Shown here: one piece after another, positions 36,112 through 45,484 of the stretch
How the letters are laid out: every line of letters begins with the position of its first letter
How positions within the stretch are numbered: the stretch's first letter is position 1
Source: Planctomycetota bacterium
Lineage (GTDB): Bacteria; Planctomycetota; SZUA-567; H5-PLA8
Length of the DNA: 64,000 nucleotides
Direction: 5' to 3'
Assembly (NCBI GenBank): GCA_045863855.1
Contig: BTVV01000013.1
Span: forward strand, 9,294 to 73,293
The notes under the pieces: generated by a model
Seen by the model: the letters and a program-made list of their open reading frames with translations, nothing else
Told to the model about the DNA's origin: nothing
Databases searched by the model: none
Program-made: the position numbers and the translations under genes

Positions 36112-36891
36112 CTACGCGTGTTCGACGTACAACTCCCAGATCCGCTTGTAGCACTTCATCCCCCACACTGCGTCGGCCGGCGTTGTCGGGCCGCCGCCTT
36201 CCCAACTCGTCCAGCCCTTGTAGCCGATCCCCTTGAGCAGCGTGAAGACTTCCTGCCACGGATAGCGCTTCGTATCCCAAAGCTCCTGCATATGCACGCA
36301 GCCAATACGATGCTTGAGCAGTTCGAAGTTCGCCTTCACGCTCCCGTTCGCGTCGGGCTCGCCGGGGTTGCAGTTCCACGTCACGTACGCGTTCGAGTGG
36401 TCGGCGTGGTCCATGATCGTGCGCATCCGGTCGGGACGCTGCGTGTCTTTTCCGTGCACTTCCAGCCAGACTTGCTGGCCCAAGTCCTTGCCCGCCGCCG
36501 CAACCTCCGCGACGCTCCGCCCAATCTGCGCCAGCGTCTTCGCTTCGGGGACTTCCGCCGGCAGCCCGTTGGGCCGCACCTTGATGCCTTCGCAACCGAT
36601 GTCCGCGGCGAGTTGCAGATAGCGCTTGCTCGCCTCGATATCCGCGCGCAGCTTCGTCTGGTCCGGCGTGTGGTAATCGAAAGCCGTGCCCAGGCCATAG
36701 CACTTCACCGGGGAATCCGCGAACTTCTTGCGAACCTCGGCCCGCTGGTCCTTCGTCAGCGATTCCTCGACGCCGTGCGCGTGCGTCGTGCGCAACTCCA
36801 CGCCCGCGAAGCCGGCCGCCGCGCAGTTCTTGACGATCGTTTCGATGTCCCAGTGCTGCGCGACCTGATAGGTGACGAGTCCAAGTTTCAT
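36112..36891 (-). CDS. sugar phosphate isomerase/epimerase (xylose-isomerase-like TIM barrel)
   Basis: AGFAGVELR...HGVE...GCEGIKV...WLEVHG matches the AP-endonuclease-2/XI-like TIM fold. Confidence 0.75.
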   Translation of the reverse strand: MKLGLVTYQVAQHWDIETIVKNCAAAGFAGVELRTTHAHGVEESLTKDQRAEVRKKFADSPVKCYGLGTAFDYHTPDQTKLRADIEASKRYLQLAADIGCEGIKVRPNGLPAEVPEAKTLAQIGRSVAEVAAAGKDLGQQVWLEVHGKDTQRPDRMRTIMDHADHSNAYVTWNCNPGEPDANGSVKANFELLKHRIGCVHMQELWDTKRYPWQEVFTLLKGIGYKGWTSWEGGGPTTPADAVWGMKCYKRIWELYVEHA

Positions 36892-37011
36892 GGCAAAGTC
36901 TCCTTGAAGCCGTACATTACGTTCGGATTGCCGAACTCGAATGGCGAATTTAGCCGTGCAAAGCGCCGCAAAATAAGCGCGACTGGGTTAAACCTCCGCA
37001 ATCCGAAATCC

Positions 37012-38151
37012 CTACGCCCCCACGCCCGCCAAGGCCTTGAAGCGCCGCGCGAGCTTCCACTTGCCTGCGGCCAGCTCGTCGAAAACCTCGTCCACCTGCG
37101 AGGGATCCAGCGGCAGGCGCATCGGCTTCTGCAGGAAATGACTCAAGACCAGCGCATTGAAGAAGTGCACGGCCTCGCGCGCGCCTTCGGGGTCCACCAG
37201 CGGCTTGCGCCCGTCGCGTACGGCGAGTACGAAATCGCGCACCAGCGAACCCGGCTCGAACGGTTCGGCCTCGGGAAAATCCTGCCAGGTCAGCCCCGGC
37301 TTCTTGGCGAACATCTCCGCCTCGTCGCCCGCGTCGTAGAAGTCGTACACGCCTCCGTCCAGCCGCCCCAGCTTGATCGGCTTTCCGAACTGGATCGCGC
37401 CACGCTCGGTCTCGTACTCGACGACGTTCGTCGGCGAAAAGCTCGAGACATTCGCGACGAACGTTCCCGTTGCGCCGTTGGCGTACTCCAGCGCGGCCGT
37501 GCAGGTGTCTTCCACCTCGTGATCGTGGAACAGGTTATCCAGCCGCGCGCGCACTTCGGCGACCTGCCCGGTCACGTTCAGCAGCGCGTCGATGTCGTGG
37601 ATTGCCTGATTGATCAGGACGCCGCCGCCTTCGTACTTCCATGTGCCGCGCCACGCGCCGGTTCGGTAATACTTGTTGTTGCGGACGCTGTTGCTGATGT
37701 AGGTCGCGCGCACCAGCGGGCCGAGTTCGCCGTTGCGCATCACCTGGACCACGTGGCGCTGGGTGATCCGCTTCTGGTGATGGACGGTAAGCAGCTTTCC
37801 GGCCTTTTGGGCGGCGGCGAGCATCTTGTCGCATTCGCCGATGCGGATCGCCATCGGCTTCTCGACCAGCACGTGCAAGCCGGCTTGCAGGGCCGCGGTT
37901 CCGAGGGGCTGATGCAGGAAGTGCGGCAGATTGAGCAGCACCGCTTCGCACTGTCCGCTGGCAAAGAGCTTCTCGGCGTCGTTGAAGGCTTGCGCATTCG
38001 GGCAGAGTTTCTGGGCGTCTTCGACCGCCTTCGCGTTCAAGTCGCAGACCGCGGTGACTTCGGCTTCCGGCGTCTCGGCCGCGTTCTTCACGCGCCCCGC
38101 GCCCACGCCGCCGACGCCTACGATGCCCAGCCGGATTTTACGCTGCCCCAT
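37012..38151 (-). CDS. Gfo/Idh/MocA family oxidoreductase
   Basis: LGIVGVGGVG Rossmann motif and EKP. Confidence 0.8.
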   Translation of the reverse strand: MGQRKIRLGIVGVGGVGAGRVKNAAETPEAEVTAVCDLNAKAVEDAQKLCPNAQAFNDAEKLFASGQCEAVLLNLPHFLHQPLGTAALQAGLHVLVEKPMAIRIGECDKMLAAAQKAGKLLTVHHQKRITQRHVVQVMRNGELGPLVRATYISNSVRNNKYYRTGAWRGTWKYEGGGVLINQAIHDIDALLNVTGQVAEVRARLDNLFHDHEVEDTCTAALEYANGATGTFVANVSSFSPTNVVEYETERGAIQFGKPIKLGRLDGGVYDFYDAGDEAEMFAKKPGLTWQDFPEAEPFEPGSLVRDFVLAVRDGRKPLVDPEGAREAVHFFNALVLSHFLQKPMRLPLDPSQVDEVFDELAAGKWKLARRFKALAGVGA

Positions 38152-38278
38152 GCGCGGACTCCTTAAGAGAATGCGTCGCTCGCTTCTCGATCGCTATGAA
38201 GTCACTAAACCCCGCCGGCGCACGTGTGGGCCATGGGGCGAAGGGCTGAAAGGATGTGTTTTCCTGCTGTCTGGAGCG

Positions 38279-39172
38279 TCAGGTGGGCCAGATTTTGGTC
38301 ACGCGCCAGTCGCTGGGCGCCAGTCCCGTCCACTTCTTGAACTGCGCGCTGAAGTGGTACGGGTCGCCGAATCCGGTGCGCTGCGCGATTTCCTTCACGC
38401 TCAAGCGTTCCTGCCCGGCCAGAAGCGCGCACGCGCGTTCCATGCGCTTGCGCAGCAGCAGCGTCTTTGGCGCGACGCCCATGTAACGCCGGAACTGATG
38501 CGCGAAGTGGCTGGGCGACAGATTCGCGCGCCGCGCCAGCGCTTCCACGTCCAGCGCCGGATCGTCCAGGCCGCGGTCGAGCGTCTCCAGGACCGGCCAC
38601 ATCCAGCCCGGGCCGGAGCGCTTGGGATCGAAGCTCAGCCGCCGGGCTTGCGCCGCCGCTTCGAGCACCCGTGCGAGGAGTTGCACCAGCAGCGCTTTTG
38701 CGCGCAGCAGATCGAACGGATCGGCCTGCTTGCCGCCGCGGCCGCGCGCGACCAGTTCCTCGAAGACGCCTTGAATTTCCGCGCGCCGCGGCAGCGCCAC
38801 GGCCAGCGGCAAGTCCAGCATGCGCAGCGGATCGAAGCCGCCGCGCCCCACCTGGAAGTGCGCGAAAAGGAGTTCCACTTCGCCTTCGCCCATACTGCGC
38901 TCGTGAAACGGCGCGCCCGGCGGCAGCAGCGCCATCGTTCCCGTCCGCGCCTTCACGGTCTTGTGCGCGAAGGTGTATTCCAGGCCGCCGCGCAGAATGA
39001 AATGGAAATCGTAATCGTCGAAGGCCGGCCGGCGCACGTCGCGCCCGGCGCGGTGCGTGGAATGCCCGAGGCCGTGGGAGAGTTCCACCCGCGCATGCGC
39101 GAGTTCCTCGCAAAGCCAGCGAGCGGGGTAGGGCGAGATACTGGCCGGAGCGGCGTCTGGAGGTCGAGGCAT
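38279..39172 (-). CDS. AraC family transcriptional regulator (cupin + HTH)
   Basis: C-terminal HTH VKEIAQRTGFGDPYHFSAQFKK. Confidence 0.8.
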   Translation of the reverse strand: MPRPPDAAPASISPYPARWLCEELAHARVELSHGLGHSTHRAGRDVRRPAFDDYDFHFILRGGLEYTFAHKTVKARTGTMALLPPGAPFHERSMGEGEVELLFAHFQVGRGGFDPLRMLDLPLAVALPRRAEIQGVFEELVARGRGGKQADPFDLLRAKALLVQLLARVLEAAAQARRLSFDPKRSGPGWMWPVLETLDRGLDDPALDVEALARRANLSPSHFAHQFRRYMGVAPKTLLLRKRMERACALLAGQERLSVKEIAQRTGFGDPYHFSAQFKKWTGLAPSDWRVTKIWPT

Positions 39173-39196
39173 GCCGCGATTATACGCGGCGCCCCA

Positions 39197-40447
39197 CTAC
39201 TTCTTCACGTTCTTGTAGCGGTAGACCAGCATGGTGGCTTTATTGTGATTGCTGTCGCCGGCCCGGTAGAAGAAATGGGCGTTTAGCGCGGCATCGTAAA
39301 AGCCATGCCAAAGCAGGTGCTTCAAGTTTTCGCCCTTGCCTGAAATGTCCGGGGTCGAGTCGCCCATATCGGTCCAGCGGTTGGCTTCCGGATCGTACAC
39401 GGCGATCGGACCGTTGCTCTGATGCCACAGGACGACTCCATTGGCGGCATCGAAGTAAAGCTGCGCATTGTTGGTGGCGCCCAGTTGCTCCGGCTGGCCT
39501 TCGGCCTTGATTTCCGTCCACGTTCCGAGCTTCACGTCGTAGCAGGCAAAGCTATTGCCTTTGGCCACGTAGACGCGTTCGCGCTTCGAGTCGAAGCAGC
39601 CGTTGGAATCGATTTTGGATATCGAAGCAGGCACTTTGGCGCCCGCCGTCCATGTGTTGGTGGCGTAGTCGTAGAACCAAGTGGTGCCTTGGTGCGTGTA
39701 CAGCGTCTTCTTGAGGGAAGGGATGTACTCTGCGACGCCTTCGAAACGCCCGCCAGGGCCGGCTCCTTCTACGTACGTGCGCTCCCATTTATTCGCCGCC
39801 ACGTTCCAGAGCAGCGGATGCTTGGTCAACGGAAGGACGGCGCCGACGTTTCCGTAAGTCTGCTTCTCCTTGGGAACATCCAGCCAATCCCAGCGCTGCG
39901 GTACGGCTTTGCCCCACCAAGGGCACTGCGTCCACATGATGTGGTAGAGCTTCAAGTCCGTGTTGTAAGTGGTGTTGTTGTAGGCGTGCGAGAGGTACGA
40001 GATGGGAATGTCCTCGCCGTCCTCGGTGACTTCGAAGCCGTGCTTATCCAGCTTGAGTTTGGTTTCCTTATTCGCGCCGGGGTACAAGCAGATCCACTTG
40101 TGCGCGAGGGCGTCGTAAAACCACAGGTCGTCCATGTAGCGGCCGTCGGATTTCACGGCTCCGTGAACGCCGGTGCCGCAGAAGAACGCGCCGCCTAAGT
40201 CCGGCGCCGCGGCCATCTTCGAACACCAGGCTCGCCCGCGAGCGATGCCTTCTTGACCCCAGCGGGTATCGGCTTCGGGGCAGCCCAGGTTCAGCCATGC
40301 GTTGTCGCCCAGGGCTCTGATCTTTTCGATGTGCGGACCGGGTTTGGACGGCAACTCGGCCAAGGGGTTGGTGGAACTGCTTTCGCCGGCGGAGAGCAGA
40401 CTCGCCAGGCACCACGCCGCCAGCAACGCCATCGGAATCGATTTCAT
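39197..40447 (-). CDS. secreted Kelch/beta-propeller repeat protein
   Basis: Signal peptide. Repeated W/Y-rich blades (WFYD, WTxx). Confidence 0.5.
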   Translation of the reverse strand: MKSIPMALLAAWCLASLLSAGESSSTNPLAELPSKPGPHIEKIRALGDNAWLNLGCPEADTRWGQEGIARGRAWCSKMAAAPDLGGAFFCGTGVHGAVKSDGRYMDDLWFYDALAHKWICLYPGANKETKLKLDKHGFEVTEDGEDIPISYLSHAYNNTTYNTDLKLYHIMWTQCPWWGKAVPQRWDWLDVPKEKQTYGNVGAVLPLTKHPLLWNVAANKWERTYVEGAGPGGRFEGVAEYIPSLKKTLYTHQGTTWFYDYATNTWTAGAKVPASISKIDSNGCFDSKRERVYVAKGNSFACYDVKLGTWTEIKAEGQPEQLGATNNAQLYFDAANGVVLWHQSNGPIAVYDPEANRWTDMGDSTPDISGKGENLKHLLWHGFYDAALNAHFFYRAGDSNHNKATMLVYRYKNVKK

Positions 40448-41682
40448 ACGTGCTCCTTTGCTTTCACGTTTTCGGCAAGTCCTTCGGTATGCGCAAGATA
40501 CCGAGTCGGCACGCCCACGCGGACCGTAGGCCGGTGCGGTTGCTGCAAGCGCGCGAGCGCCAAGGCCGCGCCGATGCGGCCGAGTTCCACGCCGTCGATG
40601 CGGATCGCGTGGGCGGCGCCGCGCGGGAGCCGTTCGGCGGCGCCGGCGGCTTCCAGGCTAAGTCCATGATCGGCGCAGGCTTGTTGCAGCGCCTCGGCTT
40701 GATCCAGGTTGAAGCAGATTAACGCTTCGGGGCGTTCGGTATCCGGTTGTTGCGCCCAGCTTTGCGCCAAGTTCGCGGCTTCGCGAGCGCCGACATCAAG
40801 CCGATGAATCCAATCTTCGCGCACGGGCAGGTTGAGTTCGTCCATCGCGACGCGGTAGGCGTGCTGGCGGCGGACGCTGTCGGGCTCGACGCGCGTATGG
40901 GTGCGGACAAATGCGTTTAGTGCCGCGCCGTTCAGGGTTTCGGAAGGCGCCGGCGCTCCGATGACGCCACCCACGTAGTGGATGCGCCGCAAGCCTTGTG
41001 CTGCGAACGCTTGCACCGCCGCGCGATAGCCGTCCAGCGGATCGACGCAAACCTGATCGGCGCGACCGGCGCAGCGCGCGTCGTCGAAGTCCAGCAGGAC
41101 CGTGGGAAGCTTAAGCTCCAGCAGGCTTTCCAAGTACGCCTGCTCGACGACGTTGACCGTGATCAGGGCGTCGAAGCCTCCCGCGCGCACGGCCTCCAGC
41201 GGCGGATGCCGCGGATGCACCGGCAACGCTTCGCCCAAGGCTTCAAGCGTAAGCCCGCGCGCCGGAGCGTCCCAGACGGCGCGCGTAAACGCGGCTTCGT
41301 TCGGAACGCTCCAACTGGGAGCAACATTCGACAGGTTCCAGGCTTCCAGGACGCCACGCGTAAGCGCGCCCCACCAGGATTGAACTAAGCGCTCGGGGCG
41401 CACCGAGACGGGCCAGAGCAGCCCGACGCGCAGATGCCGCCCGGGCAGCAGCGGCGGCGCTTGGCGGTCGGCGACGTACGTTCCGCTGCCGCGACGCCGG
41501 ACAATCAAGCCCTCGGCGACCAACTCACGCAGCGCGCGGCTTACCGTCAGGGCGTTAACGTGAAGGCTGCGCGCGAGTTCCAACTCGGTCGGCAGGCGGC
41601 TTCCGGCGGGGTAGGCCGTACCCTTAAGGAGGCGCCGGAGATGCTCCAGGACGCGGGCGTGTTTGGGGGCATGGGTATCCAT
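40444..41682 (-). CDS. GntR-type HTH + LacI/periplasmic-binding-like sugar-sensing transcriptional regulator
   Basis: N-terminal GntR HTH (LPTELELARSLHVNALTVSRALRELVAEGLI). The stop overlaps the ATG of the Kelch gene (ATGA). Confidence 0.7.
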   Translation of the reverse strand: MDTHAPKHARVLEHLRRLLKGTAYPAGSRLPTELELARSLHVNALTVSRALRELVAEGLIVRRRGSGTYVADRQAPPLLPGRHLRVGLLWPVSVRPERLVQSWWGALTRGVLEAWNLSNVAPSWSVPNEAAFTRAVWDAPARGLTLEALGEALPVHPRHPPLEAVRAGGFDALITVNVVEQAYLESLLELKLPTVLLDFDDARCAGRADQVCVDPLDGYRAAVQAFAAQGLRRIHYVGGVIGAPAPSETLNGAALNAFVRTHTRVEPDSVRRQHAYRVAMDELNLPVREDWIHRLDVGAREAANLAQSWAQQPDTERPEALICFNLDQAEALQQACADHGLSLEAAGAAERLPRGAAHAIRIDGVELGRIGAALALARLQQPHRPTVRVGVPTRYLAHTEGLAENVKAKEHV

Positions 41683-41889
41683 ACCTCCCTGCGTACACCG
41701 CTCAAAAGCACAGTAATGTAATTATTATAAACATTACTAAAATTGAATCCGAAAGTCGGCGGCGTACGCGCAAGATATGATCGAATTATCCACCATATGA
41801 TCGATGAGCCTCCTTACCATGGGTGCTTCCGAGGGGTATGCTGGTCTATCGATGATCGATTCGTCGGATTACCCGGAGCACGCGCGTCC

Positions 41890-42786
41890 ATGAAGCTCAG
41901 CACCAAGCAGGTCGAATCCTACCGCGAGAACGGTTTCCTGATTGTCGAGGGCCTCGTTTCGCGCTCCGAACTCCAGGAACTTAAAGAAGATACGCTCAAG
42001 CTTTGCCGCGGCGAGTACCCCCATCCGGCCTTCCCGCCGCTCCCGGCGAACCTCACCGACAACGAGGTGCTCGAGCATTACCTTTGCCTGCATCAGGTTC
42101 ACCGAATCAGTCCGGTGATGATGAAGTACATCGCGCATCCGGGCATGGCGCAGGTCTTGAGTCAGATCGTCGCGCCCGACGTAAAGTGCATGCAGTCCAT
42201 GCTTTTCGTGAAGCCGCCGGATTTCCCCGGCCAGGCGTGGCATCAGGACGAGCTGTACATCCCGACGCGGGATCGTTCGTTGACCGGCGGCTGGATCGCC
42301 ATCGACGAGGCGACGAAGGCCAACGGCTGCCTGTGGGTCGTGCCTGGAAGTCACCGCACGGGCTACCTTTGGCCGCAGAAGGCGCACGAGCAGCCGGACG
42401 AATTCGACTTCGCTCCGATGAGCTACGGGTTCGACGAGCGCGAGGAGATTCCCGTCGAGGTGCCGGCCGGGTCGGCGGTCTTCTTCAACGGCTACACGCT
42501 GCATCGCAGCCGGCGGAACCGATCGAACATCTATCGCCGCGTGCTGGTGAACCACTACATGAACGCGTATTCGCTGCTGCCGTGGAACATCCCGGTTCCG
42601 CAACAGCCGGTGCCGAAGCACGTTAGCGCCGGGCAGGCCGATTTCCGCGACGTGATCATGGTCGCGGGGAAAGACCCGTACGAGTGGAAGGGCTACACGC
42701 GCGAGAACGGTGCGTACGCGCGGCCGTGCGAGAAGATCAAAAAGCGCCAGGCTGCGGAGAAGCAACTCGCCGGCGCCAGCAAGTAA
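41890..42786 (+). CDS. phytanoyl-CoA dioxygenase (PhyH) family protein
   Basis: HQDELY...VPGSHR...H matches the PhyH 2-His-1-carboxylate context. Confidence 0.8.
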   Translation: MKLSTKQVESYRENGFLIVEGLVSRSELQELKEDTLKLCRGEYPHPAFPPLPANLTDNEVLEHYLCLHQVHRISPVMMKYIAHPGMAQVLSQIVAPDVKCMQSMLFVKPPDFPGQAWHQDELYIPTRDRSLTGGWIAIDEATKANGCLWVVPGSHRTGYLWPQKAHEQPDEFDFAPMSYGFDEREEIPVEVPAGSAVFFNGYTLHRSRRNRSNIYRRVLVNHYMNAYSLLPWNIPVPQQPVPKHVSAGQADFRDVIMVAGKDPYEWKGYTRENGAYARPCEKIKKRQAAEKQLAGASK

Positions 42787-42816
42787 ACCGAGGCCTCGCT
42801 TCAGGAGTTATACGCC

Positions 42817-43566
42817 ATGGCAAACCTCGATCCGAAAACCGTTTACGACCGCGATGGGTATTATGTCGCGCGCGGGGTCTTCACGCCTGAGGAAGCGCGG
42901 GCGCTGCGCGAGCACTTTATGCGGCGGCGCGCGGAAGGGCCGAAACCCGGCGATCTGGGCGGGAATCCCAAGAGCGGCGAGAAGGATCCGCTCAATGCGT
43001 ATCCGCGCATGATCAACATGCATCCGTGGGACGAGACAACGAACACGCTTTGGCAAGACCCGCGCCTGAAAGACCTTGCGGCGAAGCTGGTGGGCGATGC
43101 GGTGGAGTTGAAGCAGACGATGCTGTACTTCAAGCCGCCGGGCGGGCGCGGGCAGGGCTTGCACCAGGACTGCCAGTACATCCAGCAGAAGCCGCTGATC
43201 GGCGTTTGGGTGGCGCTCGACGATTGCGACGCGGCCAACGGGCAGATGGTGGTCGTGCCGGGGAGCCACAAGCTGGGTCTGCAAGAAGTGACAAGTGCCG
43301 ACGAGTCCAAGAGTTTCGTTGGCGGGCAGACCGTATTGCCCGAGGGTTGCCGCGAAGCGGGCGTGCCGATGGCGGCCGGCGACGTGCTCTTTTTCGACGG
43401 CTTCACGATCCACGGGAGTTACAACAACACGACGGCCGACCGCTTCCGGCGGAGCTTCATCGTTCATTACGTCGGGGCGCACGCGGAGAAGCTGGTCGCG
43501 GACGAGAAGCAGCACATGAGCTACGTGCGCAAGCAGGTCTTGGAGAAGCAAAAGGTAGGCGCGTAA
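42817..43566 (+). CDS. phytanoyl-CoA dioxygenase (PhyH) family protein
   Basis: CAGGAG ribosome-binding site. HQDCQY...VPGSHK...H. Confidence 0.8.
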   Translation: MANLDPKTVYDRDGYYVARGVFTPEEARALREHFMRRRAEGPKPGDLGGNPKSGEKDPLNAYPRMINMHPWDETTNTLWQDPRLKDLAAKLVGDAVELKQTMLYFKPPGGRGQGLHQDCQYIQQKPLIGVWVALDDCDAANGQMVVVPGSHKLGLQEVTSADESKSFVGGQTVLPEGCREAGVPMAAGDVLFFDGFTIHGSYNNTTADRFRRSFIVHYVGAHAEKLVADEKQHMSYVRKQVLEKQKVGA

Positions 43567-43798
43567 GGAGTTAAGCGAAGGCGCGCAGACGGGAGCGTCC
43601 GCGGTTCGCGCAGCCGAACGCCGGGCTGCAATTAACACTTGTATCCGCCTCGCTTTAAGCTATCTTCCCCGCTTCGTTTTGAGCACGTCCCCGCGGCCCC
43701 TGTGAGTGGCCATATGGACTGCTGCTCGGGGCTAAGGGCCGGCGCCGCGCGAGTTTAGCTTTCGCCGCCGCGATCCCACGGATGCAAGGAGTCAGACG

Positions 43799-44476
43799 AT
43801 GTCTTCCGCCACAGGTATTCTCGGCCGCAAGGTCGGCATGACTCAGGTTTTCAACGAAGCGGGCTTGCGCGTGGGCGTGACGGTCCTGGAAGTCGGCCCG
43901 TGCAAGGTCTTGCAGGTCAAGGACGTCGAGAACGACGGCTACTTTGCGCTGCAGTTGGGCTTCGGCGAGAAGAAGGAAAAGAACACGTCGAAGCCGTTGC
44001 AGGGGCATTTCGCGAAGGCCGGCGCAAAGCCGGCTCCGTACGTCGGCGAGATTCGTCTCGCGGCGGCGGCCGAAGACAAGCAGGGCGAAGAGGTTACGGT
44101 TTCGATTTTCGAAGGCGTGCAGAAGGTGGACGTGACGGGCACGAGCAAGGGCAAGGGCTTCGCCGGCACGATCAAGCGTTACAACTTCCAGCGGCAGCGT
44201 GCGACGCACGGTAACAGCAAGAACCACCGGACGTTAGGTTCGCTGGGCCGGCACATGTCGATCAACAAGGGCGTGCCGAAGGGCAAGAAGATGCCCGGGC
44301 ACATGGGTAACGCGAAGGTGACGGTGCAAGGCTTGAAGGTCGTTAAGATCGATCCGGACAACCACTTACTGCTGATCGAAGGCGCGGTTCCCGGCCCGAA
44401 CGGGGGCTTCGTCGTGGTGAACAAGTCGATCCAAGAGAAGGTGCGGAAGGACAAGGAAAAGCGCCCGAAGTACTAA
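43799..44476 (+). CDS. rplC: 50S ribosomal protein L3
   Basis: AAGGAG ribosome-binding site. MSSATGILGRKVGMTQVF ... is the universal L3 signature. No rpsJ upstream or rplD downstream in this window. Confidence 0.9.
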   Translation: MSSATGILGRKVGMTQVFNEAGLRVGVTVLEVGPCKVLQVKDVENDGYFALQLGFGEKKEKNTSKPLQGHFAKAGAKPAPYVGEIRLAAAAEDKQGEEVTVSIFEGVQKVDVTGTSKGKGFAGTIKRYNFQRQRATHGNSKNHRTLGSLGRHMSINKGVPKGKKMPGHMGNAKVTVQGLKVVKIDPDNHLLLIEGAVPGPNGGFVVVNKSIQEKVRKDKEKRPKY

Positions 44477-44506
44477 GCCAGGAATTTCCGAAGATTCTGC
44501 TCGAAC

Positions 44507-44537
44507 GGGCCGGAAGAAATTCCGGCCCGTTTTTTTA
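44507..44537 (+). terminator. rho-independent terminator of rplC
   Basis: GGGCCGGAAGAAATTCCGGCCC hairpin followed by TTTTTTT. Confidence 0.7.
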
Positions 44538-44633
44538 TGCTTAAACCGCACGAGTGCTGCTCGAAGTGAGTTACGCAAAGTGTATGGCCGAGGAAGCTAT
44601 ACGAGGCGCTATATTTGCGCCACGTCGTGCGCT

Positions 44634-44703
44634 AAGTGTAAAAGTGTAAAGCGTAAGTGTAAAGTGTAAGGCTAACTTTACACTTAGGTTTACACTTTTT
44701 TTT
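44634..44703 (+). repeat. tandem/inverted AGTGTAAA octamer repeats forming long imperfect hairpin followed by T9
   Basis: Four direct copies of (A)GTGTAAAG are followed by two inverted copies TTTACACT and then TTTTTTTTT. It forms a very AT-rich patch in GC-rich DNA. Confidence 0.55.
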
Positions 44704-44784
44704 GACGCGGTTCGAGCGTGACAAAAGGCGCGAACCGGGTCGAATGGGTTCGAAAAAAGGCGCGTCCTTCCGTGACCTTCCGCG

Positions 44785-45372
44785 TCAGGGGTGCGGGGGA
44801 GGGGGTTGGGGCGCGTCGGCTCGAATGACGACCCAACGGGCGATGCGCGGGCAGCACAGAAAGACCAGCAGCAGGAGGAAGAGCTGGCCATACGGCGTAA
44901 AAAGGAAGAGCCAGAGCGGGTACCACCAGAAGACCGCATGCGCATCCACGCCTATATCCAAGTAATCGACGCCACCGCGTCGATTCAGGTACTGCCATTT
45001 CAGGTTCAACAGCATGACCCACGAGCCTCCGAAGGCGGCGGGGATTAAAACGCAAAGCGTAATAAGACGCCGGCTTGAGTCCGCCGTTCGATTACGCGCC
45101 AATAAGCGCAGGCCGATCAGCCACCAGATCGCGAGCAGCGTCCAAATAATCAGCAGTCCGATGAATAGCGGAGTATGGGCGTTCCGATCGATCAGTGGCC
45201 AAGCAAATAACCATGCGGCCGCGAACATTTCGACGGTCAATCCGTAGAATTCGGTGACGCGAAACTGGACCTTGGCCTGAGGGGCCACAGGCTTTAGCCA
45301 CATCGGCGCGAGCACGGCCGCCCCACAGACATGCGCGAGGGCCAAGGTCCACAAGAAGTCAAGGATGGGCAT
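44785..45372 (-). CDS. integral membrane protein, unknown function
   Basis: Five to six TM helices. ATG 45372 (MPILDFLW) is preferred over the longer track ORF. Confidence 0.5.
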   Translation of the reverse strand: MPILDFLWTLALAHVCGAAVLAPMWLKPVAPQAKVQFRVTEFYGLTVEMFAAAWLFAWPLIDRNAHTPLFIGLLIIWTLLAIWWLIGLRLLARNRTADSSRRLITLCVLIPAAFGGSWVMLLNLKWQYLNRRGGVDYLDIGVDAHAVFWWYPLWLFLFTPYGQLFLLLLVFLCCPRIARWVVIRADAPQPPPPHP

Positions 45373-45484
45373 TCCGGAGCTCCGCGAACTTCGCCGGTGC
45401 GGTCTTGTGAAGGCCGTGCAAACCCATAATATAGCGGTAGGTACATGCAGGGGAAATCCCACTACGGGGCGGCCGATTGAGCAT

